A DNA stretch of 35,471 nucleotides from a virus (taxonomy: Duplodnaviria > Caudoviricetes). The notes beneath the pieces are model-generated. The model saw nothing but the letters and a program-made list of their open reading frames with translations, was not told the DNA's origin and ran no database searches. Positions 1-6,638 of the stretch are shown here, piece after piece. Both the position numbers and the translations under genes were made by a program. The stretch's first letter is position 1. Every line of letters begins with the position of its first letter. The DNA is taken from IMG/VR virus record IMGVR_UViG_3300035562_000014, positions 1-35,471 of that record; one strand, given 5' to 3'.

Positions 1-41
1 GTGCTAACTGACCAGACTTTGAGCACTCAACCGCTTCTGAC

Positions 42-70
42 TTAACCTGAGTCCTTAAAAACGTTATAAT
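42..70 (+). promoter_or_regulatory. Probable original host promoter of the tRNA gene
   Basis: Perfect TATAAT at 65-70, 11 bp before the tRNA 5' fragment; weak -35 (TTAACC 42-47) at 17-bp spacing. Confidence 0.55.
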
Positions 71-81
71 CTTTCGGCTTC

Positions 82-101
82 GTCCCCTTAGTTAAATGGA
101 T
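82..101 (+). repeat. Left att core (tRNA-Arg 5' fragment)
   Basis: GTCCCCTTAGTTAAATGGAT identical to 35285-35304; flanks diverge on both sides. Confidence 0.95.
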
Positions 102-166
102 TCAGGAATCAATAAAAACAATCCATTGTTTTTATTAAAATTTAATCTGAATAAACCAACATAAAA

Positions 167-185
167 GTACACAAAAATGTACACA
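167..185 (+). promoter_or_regulatory. Putative integrase arm-type sites (left end)
   Basis: GTACACA at 167-173 and 179-185; matching GTACNCA copies at 35103, 35127 and 35138. Confidence 0.6.
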
Positions 186-425
186 TCATTCAGTCGCATT
201 ATACCACGACTGCCAGCGGTAAATATTAGTCCGCAATTCCCTTACGCAGTCTGATGTTTGGGTATCGGCCTGCAGGTCTTCGTCGCTATCCCGACCAGCA
301 TCACTTGCTTTGCACGGCGGGTTCATCAAATCCGGGGATATGGTTGGCCGCGTCGATTGCACGCTGCCGCAGCTGCACAGCGCGCTCATCAAAATTGCAC
401 TTAGTATGATCCGGGTCGTTAACAT
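186..425 (-). CDS. o-spanin (Rz1-like outer-membrane lipoprotein)
   Basis: Signal peptide with lipobox-like LCSC, Pro-rich segment, overlaps the i-spanin in another frame, last gene of the lysis cassette. Confidence 0.8.
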   Translation of the reverse strand: MLTTRIILSAILMSALCSCGSVQSTRPTISPDLMNPPCKASDAGRDSDEDLQADTQTSDCVRELRTNIYRWQSWYNATE

Positions 426-660
426 ATTTCACCACGTCGCGGTAAATGGTTCGGTAAATTACTTTGCTTTCGGCGTTTGCCGCTGCGGCTTTCTGTTCAC
501 CTCTGGCGACAGCTTTCTCAGCTTTTTTGCCCTTCGCCGCTGCCTCGCTGTTAATTTTCTCGCTATGTGCGTACCAGCCTTTGAGGTAGGCAACATAATG
601 CGAAGCACCCAGCAGCGCCAGAACGACGCCCCCCACAAGTAGTTTTGATTTAATCGCCAT
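301..660 (-). CDS. i-spanin (Rz-like)
   Basis: N-terminal TM helix, Ala/Lys helical region, C-terminal Cys; directly after the endolysin. Confidence 0.8.
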   Translation of the reverse strand: MAIKSKLLVGGVVLALLGASHYVAYLKGWYAHSEKINSEAAAKGKKAEKAVARGEQKAAAANAESKVIYRTIYRDVVKYVNDPDHTKCNFDERAVQLRQRAIDAANHIPGFDEPAVQSK

Positions 661-1180
661 CGATCCCCCAGCACGTCAATGCACTTTCCTGGTCACGCCG
701 TGACACCTGCCCGTAACAGTTATTGGAACGAATGCGGCAATCTTTCCCACCGTCTTTTATCCACCAGCGGATCGCCTCACATGCGCCTTTTGTATCACCG
801 GCGTTCATGCGCTTGTAGAACGTTGACGGGAAGCATTTACCCGGGCCGATGTTGTAGGGGCAAAACGATGCGATCCCCGCTTTTTGTGGTTCGGTCAGCG
901 GTACCTTGATATTGCGGTCTACCCACGCCAGCGCCTTATTGCGCTCAATGGCGTTCACTTGATCGCATTTTGCCTGCGTCAGCTTCATGCCCTGCATCAC
1001 GGGTTTGCCGTCTACCTGCGTGGCGCCACGGCAAATAGTCCAAATTCCTCCAGCGTCACGGTACGCGGTGAGACTGTTACCCTCTTTCTCATCGAGGAAC
1101 TGATCCAGAATTACCGAAGCAGGCGCACCGGCCAGCACCAGACCGAGAACCGCAGCACTGAGTTTTGTAGCGCGTTTCAT
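650..1180 (-). CDS. SAR endolysin, T4-lysozyme (GH24) family
   Basis: Gly/Ala-rich N-terminal anchor; E-x8-D-x5-T triad (EGNSLTAYRDAGGIWT); YNIG motif. Confidence 0.93.
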   Translation of the reverse strand: MKRATKLSAAVLGLVLAGAPASVILDQFLDEKEGNSLTAYRDAGGIWTICRGATQVDGKPVMQGMKLTQAKCDQVNAIERNKALAWVDRNIKVPLTEPQKAGIASFCPYNIGPGKCFPSTFYKRMNAGDTKGACEAIRWWIKDGGKDCRIRSNNCYGQVSRRDQESALTCWGIDGD

Positions 1181-1506
1181 GGCTGTATCTCCGTTTCAGT
1201 CATCACGCGCTGAACCTTAGCGACGACGTCATCAGCCTGGTCAAGGTTGTGCAATTCCGATCGGCTAAGATAGTCAACCACGGCGCGCGTACGCTGCCTG
1301 TCGAGAGCAAGGCGCTCTGCGCTGGCGTGACGGTCGGCTTTAATTTTTGCGCGGCGGTCAAGCCACCCGAGAAGGGATAACAGAAAGCCGAGAACGGCCA
1401 GAACGAGATAGGTTAAATCAAGGGTGGTAATACCGAGATAAGCGGCAACGGTTGTGACGCCGTTACCAATCCAGGAAAGCCAGTTGTTTTGTGGGTGCAT
1501 CCTCAT
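1177..1506 (-). CDS. Holin (probable)
   Basis: Hydrophobic N-terminal half, charged C-terminal tail, immediately upstream of the endolysin, Met-Arg-Met start. Confidence 0.75.
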   Translation of the reverse strand: MRMHPQNNWLSWIGNGVTTVAAYLGITTLDLTYLVLAVLGFLLSLLGWLDRRAKIKADRHASAERLALDRQRTRAVVDYLSRSELHNLDQADDVVAKVQRVMTETEIQP

Positions 1507-1542
1507 ACCTTACCCCCGGAGGGAACACTATTGAGTGCCCCG

Positions 1543-1576
1543 AGGGTAAGGCTATTTTTCGGTCGGAATCCCGACC
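1543..1576 (-). promoter_or_regulatory. Late promoter copy 1 (lysis operon)
   Basis: GGTCGGAATCCCGACC at 1561-1576; minus-strand hexamer TACCCT 12 bp downstream. Confidence 0.75.
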
Positions 1577-1582
1577 TCTTTG

Positions 1583-4231
1583 CTATACAACTCCTTTAAA
1601 CGAAATTCCGCTAAGAGATAGCCACGCCCCACTTGTCATACCATACACTTTAATATTTCCGTCAGGTTCAATAAGAACTCGAGCGTTTACAGCATCTGCC
1701 CACACAACCTGTCGGGTCACAAAGCGAGGGCTTACGTTAGGTGGTAATGTGTAAATTATACTGCCGTTACCGGGATTACCACCGGCGGTATAGTTAAGCA
1801 ATCCATCTAATGTTAACGTCCCGGCGGGATCACGCGACCAGCGTGGGGTATCGTCTCCACTACCTAAAGACCAGCCAGCGCCAACCATTCCTGTGAGAGG
1901 TTTTTGGGGAGTATTCATATCTCCGCCCGGGGCAAGCAACCCACAAATTGCGTTATAGAACGCCCTCGCAAACAAATATCCCGTGTTAGGCGTGGGGTGT
2001 ATGTTGTCGTTAACCGTTGAATCTTTATCGCTGAGATTTGGATCTATAACATATTCAGGAAATACAGGCCCGATAACCTGATTCATTTCAATAAATTTAA
2101 CTTTAAGTTCGGCGCATAGATAGCGCAGGCCCGAGCGATGATATTTTCCAAGCCCGCTTCGCGTGGTTGGTTGCCCTTTACCACCGGTCTGCTCCCTTCC
2201 GTAATAAATGGTCGGACAAGCCACTATAACCTGATTTCCATTATTGATAGCGTTATTTATCATATAACGCATATTTGCAAGATACGATGCACCAGTAACA
2301 CCACCCTGAATATCATTAACCCCAACCATGATTAAACACAGGTTATAATTACCTAAATTAACATTATCCATTACCGTTCTTTGCGCTGCGGAATCATCAC
2401 CTGGTCGTGCAAAGTTATCTACAGTGGCAAATCGGTAGCCGTTCATAGCATCTAAAGAATATTTCAATACAGAGGGCCATGACGCCCCTAGAGCATCTGA
2501 AGAAATGCTATCACCAAAGCAGCAGACATGTAGGTATCTACCTGTTTCTCGTGTCGCATTCAGGCGACGCGTGAGGCTCGTTACAGTAAGATTTCCTATA
2601 CCTCCAACACCAAATCCAATATCTCTGATTTCACCCAGAGACGAATCAGTTACGGTGTCTATAGCAAACCCATTAAGCATCAACGTAAAACTTGTCGCAG
2701 AGTTTCTCCTTACAGTGATATCACTCATAAAGAATTTATACGCCGGTGATGAATTCATTCCCTGATAGATTAAATCACCAGTTATAACACTACCTCCAGT
2801 CCTTATATTACGAACTGGATTAGACGTATCATTAGCATTACAGTTATACCAGATCCTACCAGCGGAAAAGTTAACCATTACAACCGCTATTGTCGTAGCC
2901 GATGAAGACGGCGCATCAAAATGACAGGATAACTCTTCACCATCTGATATGTGCGCGAACCCAATGGACTGTTTGTTGACATCTGACGAGGTAAGAATAT
3001 AACCGGATTCACTGGTAGCAGTAGGCGCAATTACGCTGGAAGTATCCAGACCCTGATCAAACTGCCTGTAATACATACCAACTGCAAGATCGCTTTGGTT
3101 AGGGTAAACCGGCTCAACTTTTGAAAAATCACGGTCTGCCGGACTTATCCAGACAGGCCTGTCAGCAGCACCAACGCCCAGGCTCTGAGGATAGGTGAAG
3201 TAAACATCCTGATTTGTATAATGCAGTTTAACCTCGGAAGCAAAGCGCGCTGTTGAGCTGATATAACCGCCATCAACTGTAGACAGAATAACGCCTTTAT
3301 CGGTTTTCAATATTCGGTTATTAGTCCATGCTGCGCTTGTTCCGATTCCGAGTTTGTAGTTACGCCCACCGATAGCAGGAAAATATATAGTCCCCCATTC
3401 GCCTACGGCTGCAGCAGCTTTCTGTAGTGCAACGGCGTTATCAGTGACACCATCACCAGATGCGGGAACGTTTGGAGCAACCTCAAAATCGAGGATATTA
3501 ACCAGACGCTTATTAACTTCATGCTGCGTAGTCGCCGCACTACCATCATACGGCTGTTTCACGCCGATTAGAGCATCGCCTTTTCCATCTGCGGTACTTG
3601 CCAGGTCTATCAGTACATCTGCGGCAGAGCCGGATTCAGGAAGAACCGATATCGGATTTCCTTCATTGTTAAATGCCAGCAAATGATTTGCCCGTGCAAC
3701 AGCAGGTGGCAACGACGCAACAAAGGTTTCTGGAACACGCAGAGTTTTATTGAGGTTAATCTGCCCCTGGCTCTGTACCCACCGCTTAGTTGCCGCATCG
3801 GTATCGTTAACCGGGTCAGCAAGATTAGCGATGCGATAACCCTCTGCGTTATACGGGCCGCCAAATAACGAACGCCGCAATGCCAGCCCGAGATAAATAA
3901 ACGAGCGCTGTATCGCCATCCAGATGCGGTCAAAATCTTTGTTAACCGTATCAGCGAGTAAATCGCCGTTATCCTGATAATCAGTTAACCGGAATGTTGG
4001 CACAACGCGTTCAAGCATCACCGTCGCACCATTGGCGGGCGGAGTGAGGAACGTTACATCACCGCCGCTGACATTCCCCACACCGGCGATGGTGTAACCG
4101 GTGGTCACGATATTACCGTTGATGGTGACCTGCAGATCGTTCGCCGTGATGAGATAAAACTCGTAAGTAAAAACGGTACTCAGACCGTTTGCGGTATAAA
4201 TATTGTATGGGGTCTGATTGGGCACCGACAT
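1583..4231 (-). CDS. Tailspike/tail fibre with SGNH (GDSL) esterase domain
   Basis: Podovirus tail-attachment N-terminus; GDGVTDN motif; SGNH blocks FGDSIS, GVND, DNIHP; AT-richer central part. Confidence 0.85.
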   Translation of the reverse strand: MSVPNQTPYNIYTANGLSTVFTYEFYLITANDLQVTINGNIVTTGYTIAGVGNVSGGDVTFLTPPANGATVMLERVVPTFRLTDYQDNGDLLADTVNKDFDRIWMAIQRSFIYLGLALRRSLFGGPYNAEGYRIANLADPVNDTDAATKRWVQSQGQINLNKTLRVPETFVASLPPAVARANHLLAFNNEGNPISVLPESGSAADVLIDLASTADGKGDALIGVKQPYDGSAATTQHEVNKRLVNILDFEVAPNVPASGDGVTDNAVALQKAAAAVGEWGTIYFPAIGGRNYKLGIGTSAAWTNNRILKTDKGVILSTVDGGYISSTARFASEVKLHYTNQDVYFTYPQSLGVGAADRPVWISPADRDFSKVEPVYPNQSDLAVGMYYRQFDQGLDTSSVIAPTATSESGYILTSSDVNKQSIGFAHISDGEELSCHFDAPSSSATTIAVVMVNFSAGRIWYNCNANDTSNPVRNIRTGGSVITGDLIYQGMNSSPAYKFFMSDITVRRNSATSFTLMLNGFAIDTVTDSSLGEIRDIGFGVGGIGNLTVTSLTRRLNATRETGRYLHVCCFGDSISSDALGASWPSVLKYSLDAMNGYRFATVDNFARPGDDSAAQRTVMDNVNLGNYNLCLIMVGVNDIQGGVTGASYLANMRYMINNAINNGNQVIVACPTIYYGREQTGGKGQPTTRSGLGKYHRSGLRYLCAELKVKFIEMNQVIGPVFPEYVIDPNLSDKDSTVNDNIHPTPNTGYLFARAFYNAICGLLAPGGDMNTPQKPLTGMVGAGWSLGSGDDTPRWSRDPAGTLTLDGLLNYTAGGNPGNGSIIYTLPPNVSPRFVTRQVVWADAVNARVLIEPDGNIKVYGMTSGAWLSLSGISFKGVV

Positions 4232-4252
4232 AGCGCGTAACCTCTGACAGTG

Positions 4253-5863
4253 TTAGTAATCGACTTCGACCTCGTGGTCTCCGTCACTTAACTGCCAATG
4301 TTCGCGCGCCTGTCCGGTCGGAATCCCGACTACTTTACCAATTCGCACAGGGGTAGCGCTTATCGCACCAGCGCCAGAGTCAATAAAATCGTCGGGCTGG
4401 GTGGTCAGTGCAGGGTTAAAGTCCCGCATCTGGTCGTACATTTGGCCGTCCAGCACGTCACTGTGGGCCCACAGGAAACGGGAGGATAGCGGGGCCTCGA
4501 ATGCATCCAGTATGCGCTTCTGCTTGTTGGTCACGCTGAATTCTTCGCGTACGCCGCACCCGGTGCCTTTGAGCGCCTGACGCAGTAATTTACCCGCAAA
4601 GCTTCCCGGGCCGTTAACCTCGACGCACACAACCGGGATCTGATATCGGGTTACCAGCTCTTTAATCTGCATCACCTGACCGCCAATGATTTTGTCGTTG
4701 TCGTCAAACTCCGCCAGCTCGCCGGTAAGCTCCTGGCAAACATGCCAGTACAGATGACCTCTGGCGTCGGTTAGACACAGGGAGAACGCCGACGCATCGG
4801 CTTTTACTTTGCCTGTGGCCACGTCCCACCAGGCAACAGCGCCGACAATTTGCGTATGGCCGAGCCACATTGAAGCGGTGCGGTTGGCGTAGCGGATCTC
4901 CGGCTGTATGTTGTATTCCCGAATACGATCAGGGTCGAGGCGAACCTCACCAACTGGTTTACTGTGCAGCTGATACTGGCTATCCCATTCGTTTATCGTG
5001 CGCGTCTCTTTGCGGCGGTTTTCCATTTCCTCGCTGGTAAAACGCTCCGGCCACGCGCAACCGGCATAAAAATCGATGACAGTATCAGGAGCTGCGGCAA
5101 ACTCTACGCCGTCGTCGGTCAACTTGTAGTCGACATCTTCCACCAGCAGGCGAGCACTTTTGTGGATACCCGCGAAAACATATTCCGGCCGAAACGGAAC
5201 GACGTAACGCAGCTGCGTGGCGTCTTTCGCCTCAATGCGCTTTTCTTTATCAAACAGCCGGATAGTAAGACAGTCTGCGCCCATAGACTCTACCTCGTCA
5301 TAAAGGCTGTCATGCGTGTGCGGCGTACCGATGTAGAGTTTACGACCGCCGGGGATCAGGATGTGAGTTTGTTCACCCAGGCGATAGCGCAGCTTTTCAC
5401 GCGCTTCCGGTGTCTGGATGTTTTTCGGCACTTCTACGTCGTCGTTCTGGCATTCGTTGGCACGTGCCGAAGTTACGTTCGATAAAATGCCTTTGGCATA
5501 CATGCTACTGTTTCGCATATCCAGCGCGCCATTTACCCACCACTGCTCAACGGTTCCCTGCCCGTCAGGCAACATCCCTTTTGTCAGAGGATGGTTTCGG
5601 ATGACGTTCTGCGTATCACGGCTGGTTTTGTATGCTGTGGTATCTGATTCAGACTGGTGCAAAATACGATACTGGCGATCACAATAATATCGCCAGGCAT
5701 TGTACACGGCCAGAATAGTAGATTTCCCGAAGCCACGAAAACAGCGGAGCACCGCAATGTTTCCCCGATGCTCCAGCCAGTGACAGGCTTTATAGTGGCA
5801 GTCCGGAACGTCCCAGTTCATTCGTTCCGCCCACATCAGAAAGAAGGCGAGAAACGAAATCAT
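4253..5863 (-). CDS. terL: Terminase large subunit
   Basis: Walker A RGFGKS, NDDVE, IGTPH, WPERF, nuclease acidic residues (WDVA, DASA, PDDFID). Confidence 0.92.
   Translation of the reverse strand: MISFLAFFLMWAERMNWDVPDCHYKACHWLEHRGNIAVLRCFRGFGKSTILAVYNAWRYYCDRQYRILHQSESDTTAYKTSRDTQNVIRNHPLTKGMLPDGQGTVEQWWVNGALDMRNSSMYAKGILSNVTSARANECQNDDVEVPKNIQTPEAREKLRYRLGEQTHILIPGGRKLYIGTPHTHDSLYDEVESMGADCLTIRLFDKEKRIEAKDATQLRYVVPFRPEYVFAGIHKSARLLVEDVDYKLTDDGVEFAAAPDTVIDFYAGCAWPERFTSEEMENRRKETRTINEWDSQYQLHSKPVGEVRLDPDRIREYNIQPEIRYANRTASMWLGHTQIVGAVAWWDVATGKVKADASAFSLCLTDARGHLYWHVCQELTGELAEFDDNDKIIGGQVMQIKELVTRYQIPVVCVEVNGPGSFAGKLLRQALKGTGCGVREEFSVTNKQKRILDAFEAPLSSRFLWAHSDVLDGQMYDQMRDFNPALTTQPDDFIDSGAGAISATPVRIGKVVGIPTGQAREHWQLSDGDHEVEVDY
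4298..4331 (-). promoter_or_regulatory. Late promoter copy 2 (tailspike), inside the terL 3' end
   Basis: 15/16 match at 4316-4331; hexamer GAACAT at the same spacing. Confidence 0.65.
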
Positions 5864-6201
5864 TTTTTCCCTTTCTGCAGACGCTCGATAATGGCGGCAG
5901 CTTCACGTTCTGCCTTTGATACCCGCTGCCCGAGCGCGAATTCCTCATCGTTGGTGTCAGGGTTGTCGGACGGCGTTCCGCCACGCGTCTGCATGCCTAT
6001 AAGTGAATGCACCTTAATCAGCAGGGTCAGCGATGCCGCTGCGTTCTTCTTGTCCCAGTACCTGTCGCCGCGTTCGTCTTTGGTCAGTTCGCTGGGCTTC
6101 TTGCCCGCCCCCGGCCAGTTATCGGGGTCAGCCTCTTCGAGCACAACGTCGGTGAGTTTATCGCTCAGTGTGGCAAGACGCGTTTTGTAATCTGCATGCA
6201 T
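5860..6201 (-). CDS. Probable terminase small subunit
   Basis: 113 aa, helical, overlaps the terL start (ATGA); function from position only. Confidence 0.65.
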   Translation of the reverse strand: MHADYKTRLATLSDKLTDVVLEEADPDNWPGAGKKPSELTKDERGDRYWDKKNAAASLTLLIKVHSLIGMQTRGGTPSDNPDTNDEEFALGQRVSKAEREAAAIIERLQKGKK

Positions 6202-6231
6202 AAAAAAAAAGCCCCGTAGTTGATACAGGGC
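6202..6231 (-). terminator. Intrinsic terminator-like hairpin directly before the terS start codon
   Basis: Minus strand GCCCTGTA-TCAAC-TACGGGGC followed by T9. Confidence 0.75.
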
Positions 6232-6232
6232 T

Positions 6233-6266
6233 ATGATGGTCTATGCTCGAGGTCGGAATCCCGACC
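6233..6266 (-). promoter_or_regulatory. Late promoter copy 3 (terminase)
   Basis: Exact 16-mer at 6251-6266; hexamer CATCAT at the same spacing. Confidence 0.75.
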
Positions 6267-6268
6267 GA

Positions 6269-6595
6269 TTAACGCGAAGGAAGATCCGTTTTTAAGTAGT
6301 TTTTTTCAGCCTCAAGCCTTGCTCTCTGAATAGCGTCAAATCTGTCGGCTTGGATTCTTTTAATGTCACTATCAGCATTTTCCACATATGCTTCTGCTTT
6401 TCTAAGATATTCAGCGACTTTTTTCCTGTGCTCGTTAACAGACTCTCTATCCTCATAGGCTGGGTCCAGTGGTGGGTTTTCCAATCGCGGATATGCATTA
6501 TCTTTAAAATTGCTTCCGCTAAACACAAGTGCACTCGCGTACATTGGTGCAACGATTAAAAAAATAGAAATAATCTTGAATGATAAAACTTTCAT
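6269..6595 (-). CDS. AT-rich exported protein of unknown function (moron-like)
   Basis: AAGGA RBS before ATG at 6595; signal peptide ending ASA; helical body; AT-richer than its neighbours. Confidence 0.7.
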   Translation of the reverse strand: MKVLSFKIISIFLIVAPMYASALVFSGSNFKDNAYPRLENPPLDPAYEDRESVNEHRKKVAEYLRKAEAYVENADSDIKRIQADRFDAIQRARLEAEKNYLKTDLPSR

Positions 6596-6638
6596 ATCCT
6601 TCACCTTTACAATTTTTCCTCAGCCAAGAGCGTAACCC

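Noticed and set aside
82-101. Second tRNA gene at the left end
   Set aside because: Only 20 nt match; no anticodon or T arm follows.
1583-4231. BPP-1-type diversity-generating retroelement or invertible tail cassette
   Set aside because: No reverse transcriptase, template repeat or invertase seen.
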